Shown: positions 1 through 9,923, counted from the first letter of the stretch. The stretch: DNA of 64,000 nucleotides from Dehalococcoidia bacterium (GCA_965116015.1 OZ220477.1:711940-775939); one strand, 5' to 3'. Made by a program: numbers and translations. The notes: generated by a model from the sequence alone, not told the origin.

Positions 1-1387
1 CGCGCAGCGTCTCCAGCCTCTCGAACGTAACCTCGCCGATAACCCGAATGGCGAGCCCCGGACCCGGGAACGGCTGACGGTTCAGTATCTCCGGAGGCAG
101 TCCCAGCTCCGCGCCGGCCTCTCGCGCCTCATCCTTGAACAAGTAACGCAGCGGCTCCACCAGCTTCAGCTTCATCCGCTCCGGAAGACCGCCCACGTTG
201 TGATGCGTCTTGATCTTGTGCGACGCCGACGATTCCGCCGTCTGGCTCTCGATCACATCCGGATACAGCGTCCCCTGCGCCAGAAAATCCACCGCGCCCA
301 GCGCCCCCGCCTGCTCCTCGAACACGTTGATGAACTCCGCGCCGATAACCTTCCGCTTCCGCTCAGGATCGACCACTCCTCCAAGCGCCGTAAGGAACCG
401 CTCCGCAGCGTCGACGTACACCAGATTCAGCCCAATGTTGCGCTCGAACACATCGCGCACCCGCTCCGGCTCCTCCTTCCGCAGCAGCCCGTTGTTCACG
501 AAAATGCAGGTCAGCTGATCGCCCACCGCCTCATGAACAAGCTTCGCCGTAACCGCAGAGTCCACCCCGCCCGAAAGCGCGCAGATCACGCGCCCCTCTC
601 CCACCTGCTCCCGGATCCGCCGGATGCTCTCCGCAACGAAATTGCCGGGCGTCCACGCGCCCGACGCCCCGCACGCCCGGTACACGAAATTGCGCAGAAC
701 CCGCGCCCCTCGCGGCGTATGCGCCACCTCCGGGTGAAACTGAATCCCGTAAACCCCCGCGTCGTTCGCCATCGCCGCGATCGGCGAGTTCTCGCTGTAC
801 GCGATTGCGCGGAATCCGGGCGGGAGCGTGTCGATGCGGTCGCCGTGGCTCATCCACACCGGGCTTTCGTCGTCGATCCCGTCAAACAGCAGGCTCGACG
901 CGTTCCGGTGAATCACCGCGAACCCGTACTCGCGCTCCGTCGCGCGCGCAACCACCCCCCCAAGCTGATGCGCGATCAGCTGCATCCCGTAGCAGATCCC
1001 CAGCACCGGCACGTTCGCCTCGAATATCCACGGCTGCGCCAGCGGAGCCCCCTCTTCGTACACCGACGCCGGACCCCCCGAGAGAATGACGCCCTTCAGA
1101 TCGAGGCCAGCCGCAGCCTCGCGCGGAGCGTCCGGCGGAACGATCTCGCAGTACACGTTCTGCTCGCGGACGCGCCGCGCGATCAGCCGGCTGTACTGCG
1201 ACCCATAGTCGACGACAACGATAGCCTCCGCCCCAGCCCTGGCAGGCTCCGCGCCCCCGCCTCTCCCCCGAACGCCCTCCTGCTCCTGCGCGATTCCCAG
1301 ATACGTCGACACCTCGACATCGCCGCTCGTCGCGATCCGGCGCGACGGAGCGGCGGAGGCGGACTCTGGATGATGGTCGTCGGGCAT
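1..1387 (-). CDS. guaA: GMP synthase (glutamine-hydrolysing); C-terminus cut by the left window edge
   Basis: The reverse frame is open to position 1, so it is missing from the ORF track. My translation from the ATG at 1387 shows the GATase block [17 protein letters not shown], the ATP-PPase motif SGGVDS and the C-terminal [26 protein letters not shown]...[11 protein letters not shown]. Confidence 0.9.
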   Translation of the reverse strand, partial: MPDDHHPESASAAPSRRIATSGDVEVSTYLGIAQEQEGVRGRGGGAEPARAGAEAIVVVDYGSQYSRLIARRVREQNVYCEIVPPDAPREAAAGLDLKGVILSGGPASVYEEGAPLAQPWIFEANVPVLGICYGMQLIAHQLGGVVARATEREYGFAVIHRNASSLLFDGIDDESPVWMSHGDRIDTLPPGFRAIAYSENSPIAAMANDAGVYGIQFHPEVAHTPRGARVLRNFVYRACGASGAWTPGNFVAESIRRIREQVGEGRVICALSGGVDSAVTAKLVHEAVGDQLTCIFVNNGLLRKEEPERVRDVFERNIGLNLVYVDAAERFLTALGGVVDPERKRKVIGAEFINVFEEQAGALGAVDFLAQGTLYPDVIESQTAESSASHKIKTHHNVGGLPERMKLKLVEPLRYLFKDEAREAGAELGLPPEILNRQPFPGPGLAIRVIGEVTFERLETLR

Positions 1388-1502
1388 TCCTGTCTCTCGC
1401 CTGAGCGGGCATCCTCGCCAGCAGGTTCGCTGACGCGCGCAGAGCGCACAGAGGGCAACTAACGTAGCATCCAACGCCTGCTCGGTCAACGCGCCCCCGC
1501 GT

Positions 1503-1511
1503 TGGTATACT
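1503..1511 (+). promoter_or_regulatory. Candidate extended -10 promoter (TGgTATACT) for the tsaC-pgk-tpiA-miaA block
   Basis: TGGTATACT lies 27 nt upstream of the ATG at 1538, in the divergent gap from guaA. No clear -35 element. Confidence 0.3.
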
Positions 1512-1537
1512 CGGAGCCGCCGCGCGGTCGGCCAGCT

Positions 1538-2185
1538 ATGCCTCGCGTAACCGACAACCCCAACAACCGCTCCGTCGCCTCCATCCTGCTCCGCGAGAGC
1601 GGAGTCGTCGCTTACCCCACCGACACTGTCTACGGACTCGGCGCCGCCGTCTTCAACTACGCCGCTGTCTCCTCGCTGTTCGTCATCAAGGGACGCAGCC
1701 GCGACCAGGGCGTCCCCGTCCTCGTCGCCTCCGAATCCCAACTCCACGAAATCGCCTCCGAAGTCTCAGACGACGCCTACGCCCTCGCCAAAGCCTTCTG
1801 GCCCGGCGCGCTCACGCTCGTCGTGCCCCGCCGCCGCGACATCCCCGCCCTCGTCGCCGGCGGAAGCGAAACCATCGCTGTCCGCCTCCCCGACCACCCC
1901 TGCCCCCAGTCGCTCATCCAGGCCCTTGGCGCGCCGATAACCGGCACGAGCGCCAACCGCCACGACGGCCCGGAACCCACATCCGCCGGCGAAGTCCAGC
2001 GCCAGCTCGGCAACCGCCTCAGCCTCATCCTCGACGGCGGACCAAGCCCGCGATCCGTCCCCTCGACCATCGTCGACACAACCACCGCGCCCCCTAAAGT
2101 CCTCCGCCTCGGAGCCCTCACGCTTGAGGAGCTCCAGAGCGTCTGCGCCGTCGCCCCCCCAGACGCCTCCCCCGCAAGAGAGTAG
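1538..2185 (+). CDS. tsaC: L-threonylcarbamoyladenylate synthase (YrdC/TsaC/Sua5 family, short form)
   Basis: [16 protein letters not shown]..., [32 protein letters not shown] and PSTIVD are YrdC-domain hallmarks. I prefer the ATG at 1538 to the TTG at 1502. Confidence 0.8.
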   Translation: MPRVTDNPNNRSVASILLRESGVVAYPTDTVYGLGAAVFNYAAVSSLFVIKGRSRDQGVPVLVASESQLHEIASEVSDDAYALAKAFWPGALTLVVPRRRDIPALVAGGSETIAVRLPDHPCPQSLIQALGAPITGTSANRHDGPEPTSAGEVQRQLGNRLSLILDGGPSPRSVPSTIVDTTTAPPKVLRLGALTLEELQSVCAVAPPDASPARE

Positions 2186-2192
2186 CCCTCTT

Positions 2193-3239
2193 ATGCCTCA
2201 AGGCCGCCTCCCCGATTTCCTCGCCGCCCACGCCCCTCTCGTCGAGCGCGCCCTGCGCGCAAGCCTCGAACTCCCCGCCGACCCCAACCTCCCCCCTTAC
2301 CGGATGATGCGCTACCAGCTCGGATGGACCGACCAGATGGGCGAAGAGACCCCCTCTCAGCAACCCCGCCTGCTCGGAACGCTCTGCATCGAGGCCCACA
2401 ACTCGCTCTCCGCAAACAGCGCGGCCACTGCCGCCCCTGCGGCCGCAGCCATAGAACTCTTCCACGAATCCACCCGCGTCCACGAAGATATGCAGACCGC
2501 CGCGCAGCGCCGCGCAGGGCAGGACGCCGTCTGGTGGATCTGGGGCCCCGCGCAGGCCATCAACGTCGGCGACGGCCTGCACGCCATCGCCCTCTACACG
2601 CTTATGCAAGCGCAAGACGCGCTCGGAGCCTCCGCCGCTCTCGACGCCGCCGCAGCCCTCGACGCCGCAGCCCTCCAGTACTACGAAGGCCACTTCCTCG
2701 ACCTCCAGATGCAGGAGCGCGTCGACGTCTCCCAGGCCGAGTACCGCCGAATGGCCCGCTGCAAGCACGGATCGCTCTTCGGCGCCGCCCTCGCCCTCGG
2801 CGCAGTCTGCGCCGGCGCCCCCCCAGACGCCGTCGAGGCCTGGCGCAACATCGGCTCCGCGATCGGCGCCGGAGCCCTCATCTCCGCCGAAGCCCGCGTC
2901 TTCTGGGGCGACCCCGCCGAAGACCACGCCGAACGCGCCCTAAACAAAAGCAAGCTCTACCCCGTCGTCGCCGCGTTCGCACAGGCCAGCGTCGCCCAGA
3001 AACGCGCGCTCGGCGCCTACTACTTCAAGCGCGTCATCGAACCCAACGACCTCCACGCCATCCGCAGCATCCTCGACGACGCCGACGCCCGCGACAAAAC
3101 CAACCAGGCCATCGCAGCCGCCCAACTCGACGCCCTCAATGCCCTTAGCGCACTCAACGCCCTCCAAACCGCCGGCGTCGACCCCGGCGCGACGCGGCGC
3201 TGGGAAACAATCGTCTCCGCTTTGGTGAGCCAGCCATGA
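2193..3239 (+). CDS. Polyprenyl synthetase-family protein with degenerate Asp-rich motifs
   Basis: Family blocks RRAGQDAVWWIWGPAQAINVGDGLHAIA and YYEGHFLDLQ...YRRMARCKHGSLFGAALALGA are present. The first DDxxD position reads VHEDMQ and the second reads ISAEARVFWGD. The stop overlaps the pgk start (ATGA). Confidence 0.6.
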   Translation: MPQGRLPDFLAAHAPLVERALRASLELPADPNLPPYRMMRYQLGWTDQMGEETPSQQPRLLGTLCIEAHNSLSANSAATAAPAAAAIELFHESTRVHEDMQTAAQRRAGQDAVWWIWGPAQAINVGDGLHAIALYTLMQAQDALGASAALDAAAALDAAALQYYEGHFLDLQMQERVDVSQAEYRRMARCKHGSLFGAALALGAVCAGAPPDAVEAWRNIGSAIGAGALISAEARVFWGDPAEDHAERALNKSKLYPVVAAFAQASVAQKRALGAYYFKRVIEPNDLHAIRSILDDADARDKTNQAIAAAQLDALNALSALNALQTAGVDPGATRRWETIVSALVSQP

Positions 3240-4423
3240 CGAAAATGACCATCCGCGATATCGACTGGCGCGGCAAACGCGCCCTCCTCCGCGTCGACTT
3301 CAACGTCCCCTTCGAGCGCGGCTCCAACCGCATCTCCGACGACATCCGCATCCGCGAGTCCCTCCCCACCATCCGCCGCCTGCTCGACGCCGGAGCCTCC
3401 GTCGTGCTCTGCTCCCACCTCGGACGCCCCGGAGGCAAGCCCGACCCCAACCTCGAACTCCGACCCATCGCCGACCGCCTCTCCGAACTGCTCGGCTTCC
3501 GCGTCGCCTACGTCCACGACGCCCCCGGCGACGAGGCGCGGCAGGCGGCCGCCGCCCTCAATCCCGGCGACGTCCTCCTCATCGAGAACATCCGCTTCTG
3601 GCCCGGCGAAGAGGCGAACGACCCCGATTTCGCAGCCGCCCTCGCCGCCCTCGCCGACGTCTACGTCAACGACGCGTTCGGCGCCGCGCATCGCGCCCAC
3701 GCCTCCACCGAGGGCGTCGCCCGGCTCCTGCCAGCGGTCGCCGGCCTCCTTATGGAGAAAGAAGTCGCCTTCCTCGGCGGCGTCCTCCACAACCCCGAGC
3801 GCCCGCTCGCAGCCCTCCTCGGCGGCGCCAAGGTCAGCGATAAGCTCCAAACGCTCGAACGCCTCGTCGGCCACGCCGACGAGCTCTTCGTCGGCGGCGG
3901 AATGGCCGCAACCTTCCTCAAAGCCAAAGGCTGCGAAACCGGAACCTCCCTCATCGAGGAAAACCTCGTCCCCTTCTGCGCCGGAATCCTCGCCAGAGCC
4001 GAGGCCGCCGGCTCCCCCATCAACCTCCCCGCAGACGTCGTCGTCAGCGACAAGATCGAACCCTGCGCCAGCGCCGAGATCGCTCCCGCCAGCAGCGCCC
4101 CCGCCGGAATGATGATGCTCGACATCGGCCCCGACGCCGCCGCCGACTACGCCCGCCGGCTCGCCGCGATGGGCAGCGTCGTCTGGAACGGCCCTATGGG
4201 CGTGTTCGAGGTTCCCCCCTTCGACCGCGGAACGCGCGCCGTCGCAGAGGCTCTCGCCGCGAGCGCCGCCGTCACCGTCATCGGCGGCGGATCAACCGCC
4301 GAGGCCGTCGCCGCGCTCGGGCTCGGCGACAAGATGTCGCACGTGTCGACCGGCGGCGGCGCGTCCCTCGAATTCCTCGAAGGCAAAGAACTCCCCGGCG
4401 TCGCAGCCCTCAACGACAAGTAA
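3236..4423 (+). CDS. pgk: Phosphoglycerate kinase
   Basis: [20 protein letters not shown], full length 395 aa. Confidence 0.95.
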   Translation: MTKMTIRDIDWRGKRALLRVDFNVPFERGSNRISDDIRIRESLPTIRRLLDAGASVVLCSHLGRPGGKPDPNLELRPIADRLSELLGFRVAYVHDAPGDEARQAAAALNPGDVLLIENIRFWPGEEANDPDFAAALAALADVYVNDAFGAAHRAHASTEGVARLLPAVAGLLMEKEVAFLGGVLHNPERPLAALLGGAKVSDKLQTLERLVGHADELFVGGGMAATFLKAKGCETGTSLIEENLVPFCAGILARAEAAGSPINLPADVVVSDKIEPCASAEIAPASSAPAGMMMLDIGPDAAADYARRLAAMGSVVWNGPMGVFEVPPFDRGTRAVAEALAASAAVTVIGGGSTAEAVAALGLGDKMSHVSTGGGASLEFLEGKELPGVAALNDK

Positions 4424-4448
4424 CCCTCCCCAGGAGCGCAACCCGCCT

Positions 4449-5219
4449 ATGCGAACTCCCCTCGTCGCAGGAAACTGGAAGATGAACCCCCCCGACATCG
4501 CAGCCGCCGTGCGCCTGGCCGCCGACGTCCGCGCCGCAGCGTCGAACATCGACGGCGCCGGCTGCGTCGTCTGTCCCCCGTTCGTCGCCCTGAGCGATGT
4601 CGCCGCCGCCTTGCGCGGCTCCAGCGTCGGCGTCGCCGCGCAGAATATGAACCCCGAACCGAAAGGCGCCTTCACCGGCGAGATCGCCGCCTCGATGCTC
4701 CAGGGACTCTGCAGCCGCGTCGTGCTTGGCCACTCCGAACGCCGCCATCTCCTCGGCGAGAGCGACGCGTTCATCAACGCCAAAGTGAAAGCCGCCCTCG
4801 ACGCGAACCTCATCCCCATCCTCTGCGTCGGCGAGACGCTCGACGAGCGCGAGGCGGGTAGGGCGGAAGCAGTCGTCGACGCCCAGATCCAGCGCGGACT
4901 CGACGCCGTCCCCGCAAGCTCCGTCGCCGGCGTCGTCATCGCCTACGAGCCCGTCTGGGCGATCGGAACAGGACGCGCCGCCACGCCGGACATCGCCCAA
5001 GCGATGATCGCCGCCGCCCGCCAGACGCTCCAGCGCGTCGCAGGCCCCGCCGCCGACGCGACGCGCATCCTCTACGGCGGAAGCGTAACCCCAGCCAACG
5101 CGCGCGACCTCGCCGCCCAGCCCGACATCGACGGCGCCCTCGTCGGAGGCGCAAGCCTCGTCGCCGCCGACTTCGTCGCCATCGTCCGGGCGTTCGCCGC
5201 CGCCGGCGCGTCCGCATAG
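4449..5219 (+). CDS. tpiA: Triosephosphate isomerase
   Basis: VAGNWKMN, LGHSERR, AYEPVWAIGTG, ILYGGSV. Confidence 0.95.
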   Translation: MRTPLVAGNWKMNPPDIAAAVRLAADVRAAASNIDGAGCVVCPPFVALSDVAAALRGSSVGVAAQNMNPEPKGAFTGEIAASMLQGLCSRVVLGHSERRHLLGESDAFINAKVKAALDANLIPILCVGETLDEREAGRAEAVVDAQIQRGLDAVPASSVAGVVIAYEPVWAIGTGRAATPDIAQAMIAAARQTLQRVAGPAADATRILYGGSVTPANARDLAAQPDIDGALVGGASLVAADFVAIVRAFAAAGASA

Positions 5220-5234
5220 CCCCGCGAGTTCCTG

Positions 5235-6152
5235 GTGGCCAGCCCGCTGCAGGCGCTCTTCATCGTCGGCCCCACCGCCAGCGGCAAAACAGCCGCCGCC
5301 GTCGAACTTGCCGGGCGCGCCCCCATCGAAATCATCAACGCCGACAGCCGCCAGATCTACCGCGGAATGTCCATCGGCTCCGCCAAGCCAACCCCCGCCG
5401 AACAGGCCGCCGCCGTCCACTGCCTCATCGACATCGCCGACCCGGACGAACCGTTCAGCCTCGGCGCGTTCCTCGCCCTCGCACGCGAGGCCATCGCCGG
5501 CGCCGCCTCGCGCGGGAGAATCCCCGTAGTCGTAGGAGGCTCCGGACAATACGTATGGGGGCTCGCGGAAGGATGGCGCCCGCCCCCCGCTCCCCCCGAC
5601 AACGCGCTGCGCCAGCAGCTGTACGCCCTCGCCCAGCGCGACGGCGCGGCGGCCCTCCACGACCGCCTCCGCGACCTCGACCCCGCCTCCGCCGACGCTA
5701 TCGACCCCCGCAACATCCGCCGCGTCGCCCGCGCAATCGAGGTCTGCAGCATCACCGGCAAACCCTTCTCGCAGCAGCGCCTCAGAGCAGACCCCGGATT
5801 CGTCCCCGTCATCCTCGGGCTGCGTCCCTCATCGCGCCAGGATCTCCAACAGCGCATCGACGCCCGCGTCGACGCAATGCTCGCCAGCGGCTGGCTCGAC
5901 GAGACCCGCGCGCTCCTCGACGCCGGATACTCCCCCGACCTGCCGTCGTTCTCCGCCGCCGGCTACCGCGAACTCGCCGCCTGCCTCAACGGCGAACTCA
6001 CCCTCGACGAAGCCGCCGCGCGAGCAAAGTTCGCCGCCCGCCGCCTCGCCCGCTACCAGGGCGCCTGGTTCAAAGAGCGCGACCCCCGCATCGACTGGAG
6101 CGCCGACCCCGCACGCATCGTCCAGCGCGCCCTCAGCATCATCCGCCCTTGA
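5235..6152 (+). CDS. miaA: tRNA dimethylallyltransferase
   Basis: GPTASGKT P-loop, IINADSRQIYRGMSIGSAKPT; GTG start. Confidence 0.9.
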   Translation: MASPLQALFIVGPTASGKTAAAVELAGRAPIEIINADSRQIYRGMSIGSAKPTPAEQAAAVHCLIDIADPDEPFSLGAFLALAREAIAGAASRGRIPVVVGGSGQYVWGLAEGWRPPPAPPDNALRQQLYALAQRDGAAALHDRLRDLDPASADAIDPRNIRRVARAIEVCSITGKPFSQQRLRADPGFVPVILGLRPSSRQDLQQRIDARVDAMLASGWLDETRALLDAGYSPDLPSFSAAGYRELAACLNGELTLDEAAARAKFAARRLARYQGAWFKERDPRIDWSADPARIVQRALSIIRP

Positions 6153-6330
6153 CGCCCCGCCACTCGCGTCGAAATCCCGCCCCCGCATCGACTGGAGCGC
6201 CGACCCCGCACGCATCGTCCAGCGCGCCCTCAGCATCATCCGCCCTTGACGCCCGCTCCCCATCGAAATCCCGCCCCCGCATCGCCTGGAGCGCCGACCC
6301 CGCCCATCGTCCATCCGCCCTTGACGCGCC
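6084..6330. repeat. Tandem repeat (96 + 94 + about 52 nt, three copies) duplicating the last ~70 nt of miaA, including its stop
   Basis: cccccgcatcgactggagcgccgaccccgcacgcatcgtccagcgcgccctcagcatcatccgcccttga occurs at 6084 and again at 6180. A shortened, deleted copy starts at 6274. Confidence 0.85.
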
Positions 6331-6395
6331 GCCCCCGCGTCGTGCAACCTTGCGAACGGCCCCCGCGCCGAAATCGCACTCCAAAGCAGGTGACT

Positions 6396-7070
6396 ATGGC
6401 AGGCTACCTCGACCCCAACGACCCCACCGTGCAAGCGTTCGCCGCACTCGGAACAACCCCCGTCAGCGACGCAATGGACCGCCTCGGCCTCATCGGCCAG
6501 TGCCTCGGCATCAAACCCGTCGACCGCGACTTCACCCTATGCGGACGCGCCCACACCGTCCGCAACGAACCGATGACCGCCGGACACAAAGGCGAGAGCG
6601 TCGGCGACTACATCGACGAAGTCAAACCCGGCGAAATCGTCGTCATCGACAACGGCGGACGCCTCGACGCCACCGTCTGGGGCGACATCCTCACCATTAT
6701 GGCTAACCGCAACAACCTCGGCGGCACCGTGATCCACGGCGTCTGCCGAGACTCCAACCGCGCCCTCAAACTCAGCTACCCCATCTTCTCCCGCGGAACC
6801 TACATGCGAACCGGCAAAGACCGCGTCCGCGCCGACGCCTACCAAGAGCCAGTCTCGCTCGGCGAAGTCCGCGTCCTCCCCGGCGACCTCCTCCTCGGCG
6901 ACGGCGACGGCGTCCTAGTCGTAGCCCGCGAGCACGAAGAGGCCGTCCTCAAAGCCGCCCAGGAGATCGACGCCGCCGAAGAGCGGATCCGCAACGAAAT
7001 CCTCCAGGGCAGCCGCCTCGACGCTGCCCGTCAGAAATTCCAGTACCACAGCCTCCAAAGCCGCGCATAG
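6396..7070 (+). CDS. RraA-family protein / 4-hydroxy-4-methyl-2-oxoglutarate (CHA) aldolase-like
   Basis: PVSDAMDRLG, GRLDATVWGDILT, GTVIHGVCRD and GDLLLGDGDGVLVV are typical of RraA/HMG aldolases. ATG at 6396 follows AGCAGGTGA. The upstream part of ORF 6246.. lies inside the miaA repeat and is not credible coding sequence. Confidence 0.7.
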   Translation: MAGYLDPNDPTVQAFAALGTTPVSDAMDRLGLIGQCLGIKPVDRDFTLCGRAHTVRNEPMTAGHKGESVGDYIDEVKPGEIVVIDNGGRLDATVWGDILTIMANRNNLGGTVIHGVCRDSNRALKLSYPIFSRGTYMRTGKDRVRADAYQEPVSLGEVRVLPGDLLLGDGDGVLVVAREHEEAVLKAAQEIDAAEERIRNEILQGSRLDAARQKFQYHSLQSRA

Positions 7071-7082
7071 GGAGCGCGCGTA

Positions 7083-7835
7083 GTGGCAACGCCTGAGAAC
7101 GACATTAGCGCAAACGATATGGCCCCACCTGAGAATGACGCAGGAGCACAAGAGGTAGTCGCGCCCCAGAGCGATCAAAGCACGGTTACCCAAAGGGACG
7201 ATTCGAGAGGAATCGTCTACATTCTGACGAACGCGGCTATGACCGGGTACATCAAGATTGGGAAGACCAAGGGCACTTCCTCAAGGGACGTGCAGGATCG
7301 TATGCGCGAGCTCTATTCGTCGCCGAGTTCGAGTGGCGTCCCTAGACCTTTCGATTGCTACTACGCGGCAGTAGTCGCAGACCGCCATACGGTTGAGAAG
7401 AAGCTGCACACCATATTCAGTGACTACCGAATCAACCCCAAACGAGAATTCTTCGAGCGCGTCCCGCTCGCCAGCGCGAGAGCCGCTCTGGAGCTAGTCG
7501 CAGAGGTGGATGTAACGCCTAGGGAAATGAGTGAAGGCGAAGAGGAGGGGGATATTAAGCCTCCCAAACTTCCCCATTTCAAATTTCAGAAATACGGCAT
7601 ACCGAAAGGAGCAACGTTGGTGTTCGTGCGAGACAACACCGTAACCTGCACAGTAGAAGACAGCAATAGAAATGTGAAGGACAGCGAAGGAGAAGTCACC
7701 ACACTCTCTCCCTTGACGCAGAAACTCTTGGGTTGGCGCCGGGCGCCATCTGGGGCCGACTACTGGCTGTATGGCGACGAAACCCTAGCCGACTTGCGCA
7801 GAAGGCTAGACGAGGAAGACGCCAACAGAGAGTAG
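7083..7835 (+). CDS. GIY-YIG-like T5orf172 (MUG113) domain protein with a C-terminal DUF4357/RAMA-like domain; low-GC single-gene island
   Basis: GIVYILTN....GYIKIGKT...R..EL and FSDYRINPKREFF match the T5orf172 pattern as I recall it. The C-terminal FKFQKYGIPKGATLVF...TVTC..V......GEVTTLSPLTQKLLGW...GADYW resembles the restriction/methylase-associated RAMA fold. The start may be ATG 7119 rather than GTG 7083. Confidence 0.65.
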   Translation: MATPENDISANDMAPPENDAGAQEVVAPQSDQSTVTQRDDSRGIVYILTNAAMTGYIKIGKTKGTSSRDVQDRMRELYSSPSSSGVPRPFDCYYAAVVADRHTVEKKLHTIFSDYRINPKREFFERVPLASARAALELVAEVDVTPREMSEGEEEGDIKPPKLPHFKFQKYGIPKGATLVFVRDNTVTCTVEDSNRNVKDSEGEVTTLSPLTQKLLGWRRAPSGADYWLYGDETLADLRRRLDEEDANRE

Positions 7836-7929
7836 CCCACTCCCCCCGCCCCTTGACCGCCCGCCTGACCCCCCGCTACCGTTGCGTGCGCAACGCGCCT
7901 AACCCCATCCCGCCGGAGGAGCTCTCGCT

Positions 7930-9042
7930 ATGCAAACTGCAATCCCCTGCGTGTTTATGCGCGGCGGAACATCACGCGGCCCTTACTTCCTCGCCTCAGA
8001 CCTCCCCGACGACCCCGAAACCCGCGACAAGGTGCTCCTCGCCGTTATGGGTTCCCCCGACGACCGCCAGATCGACGGCCTCGGCGGCGCCGACCCCCTC
8101 ACCAGCAAAGTCGCCATCGTCGGACCCCCCACCCGCGACGACTGCGACGTCGACTACCTCTTCGCCCAAGTCGTCGTCAACGAACCCGTCGTCGACGTCA
8201 GCCCCAACTGCGGCAATATGCTCGCCGGCGTCGGCCCCTTCGCCATCGAGCATGGCCTCATCCCCGCCCAGCAGAACGAAACCGTCGTCCGCATCCATAT
8301 GGTCAACTCCGGCGACAGAGCCATCGCCCGCGTCGCTACCCCAGGCGGCCAGGTCGAATACCAGGGCGACGCCCGCATCGACGGCGTTCCCGGATCCGCC
8401 GCCCCCATTATGATCGACGTCGAAGACACCGCCGGCTCCTTCTGCGGCGCCCTCTTCCCCACCGGCAACCGCATCGACGTCATCGACGGCGTCGAATGCT
8501 CTCTGATGGACAACGGAATGCCCATCGTCGCGATGCGCGCCGCCGACCTCAACCGCACCGGCTACGAATCCCGAGACGCCCTCAACGCCGACGCCGAACT
8601 GAAAGAGCGCATCGAGAGCATCCGCCTGCAAGCCGGCCATCTTATGAACCTCGGCGACGTAACCGACAACGTCGTCCCCAAGATGTTCCTCCTCGCCCCG
8701 CCCGTCGCCGGAGGCGCCCTCTGCACCCGCTCCTTCATCCCCAAAGTCGCCCACGCCTCCATCGGAGTCCTCGCAGCCCTCACCGTCGCCACCGCCGCCG
8801 TCTTCCCCGGAACAACCGCCTACAGCCTCGCCGTCCGCCCTGAGGGCAAACGCAAGATGCTCCTGCTCGAACACCCCACCGGCGACTACGGCGTCGAGAT
8901 CGAACTCGGCGGCGCAGACGCCGAACCCTTCATCGAACGCGCCGCTATGCTCCGCACCGCCCGCAAGCTTATGGAGGGCGCCGTCTACGTCCCCGCCAGC
9001 GTCTGGGAAGGCAACCGCGCCCTCGCCGAGGCCACAGCCTAA
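7930..9042 (+). CDS. PrpF-family isomerase (4-oxalomesaconate tautomerase / methylaconitate isomerase-like)
   Basis: IPCVFMRGGTSRGPYF, GSPDDRQIDGLGG, TSKVAIV and SPNCGNMLAGVGPFA are PrpF/GalD hallmarks. Confidence 0.75.
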   Translation: MQTAIPCVFMRGGTSRGPYFLASDLPDDPETRDKVLLAVMGSPDDRQIDGLGGADPLTSKVAIVGPPTRDDCDVDYLFAQVVVNEPVVDVSPNCGNMLAGVGPFAIEHGLIPAQQNETVVRIHMVNSGDRAIARVATPGGQVEYQGDARIDGVPGSAAPIMIDVEDTAGSFCGALFPTGNRIDVIDGVECSLMDNGMPIVAMRAADLNRTGYESRDALNADAELKERIESIRLQAGHLMNLGDVTDNVVPKMFLLAPPVAGGALCTRSFIPKVAHASIGVLAALTVATAAVFPGTTAYSLAVRPEGKRKMLLLEHPTGDYGVEIELGGADAEPFIERAAMLRTARKLMEGAVYVPASVWEGNRALAEATA

Positions 9043-9923
9043 TGACCAACCGCGAGATCCGAACCATCCCCGGCCCCGACCCCAACCCCAAGAAACCCGA
9101 CATCCAACTCCCACCCAACGCCTGCGACGCTCACTGCCACGTCTTCGGCCCCGCCGACATCTTCCCCTACCACCCCCACCGCTCCTACACCCCCCCCGAC
9201 GCCTCCAAAGAAGCGCTCGCCGCCCTCCACGGCCATCTCGGCATTGAGCGCGCTGTCATCGTCCACGCCAGCTGCCACGGCGTCTATATGGACGCCACCC
9301 TCGACGCCATCGCCTCCTCCGGCGGACGCTATCGCGGAACATCCATCGTCTCCCCCAACATCTCCGACGCCGAACTCGCCCGCTACCACGACGGCGGCAT
9401 CCGCGCCGTGCGATTCAACTTCGTCCGACACCTCGAAAGCGTCCCCGACCCCGCCGACGTCCAGCGAATGGCCGAACGCGTCGCCCCTATGGGCTGGCAC
9501 CTCGTCGTTCACCTCGACGCTCAGGACATCGTCGAGCTCTCCCCGCTCCTGCTCGCCCTCCCCATCCCGTTCGTCATCGACCATATGGGACGCGTCGAAG
9601 CCGGCGACGGCCTCGAACAGCCCGCCTTCCGCCAGCTCCTCGACCTGATGAACAGCGATAAAGCATGGGTGAAGATCTGCGGCGGCGAACGCATCTCCGC
9701 CGGCGGCCCCCCCTTCGCCGACGCGATTCCGTTCGCGCAGGCGCTCATCGCCGCCGCCCCCAACCGCGTGCTCTGGGGCACCGACTTCCCCCACCCCAAC
9801 GTCCGCCATATGCCCAACGACGGCCAGCTCGTCGACCTCTTCGCCCTCTACGCCCCCGACCCCGCCACGCAGCGGCAGATCCTCGTCAACAACCCCGACG
9901 CCCTCTACTTCAACGTCCCCTAG
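9042..9923 (+). CDS. Amidohydrolase-2, LigI-like 2-pyrone-4,6-dicarboxylate lactonase family
   Basis: 293 aa. CDAHCHVFGP, VIVHASCHG, IRAVRFNF, FVIDHMGR and WGTDFPHPN are colinear with LigI as I remember it. TAATG overlap with the upstream gene. Confidence 0.7.
   Translation: MTNREIRTIPGPDPNPKKPDIQLPPNACDAHCHVFGPADIFPYHPHRSYTPPDASKEALAALHGHLGIERAVIVHASCHGVYMDATLDAIASSGGRYRGTSIVSPNISDAELARYHDGGIRAVRFNFVRHLESVPDPADVQRMAERVAPMGWHLVVHLDAQDIVELSPLLLALPIPFVIDHMGRVEAGDGLEQPAFRQLLDLMNSDKAWVKICGGERISAGGPPFADAIPFAQALIAAAPNRVLWGTDFPHPNVRHMPNDGQLVDLFALYAPDPATQRQILVNNPDALYFNVP

Noticed and set aside
6246-6395. The N-terminal 50 codons of ORF 6246..7070 (start within the miaA repeat).
   Set aside because: This stretch is proline-rich and low-complexity and lies in the repeat copies. 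The RraA homology and a proper RBS begin at ATG 6396.
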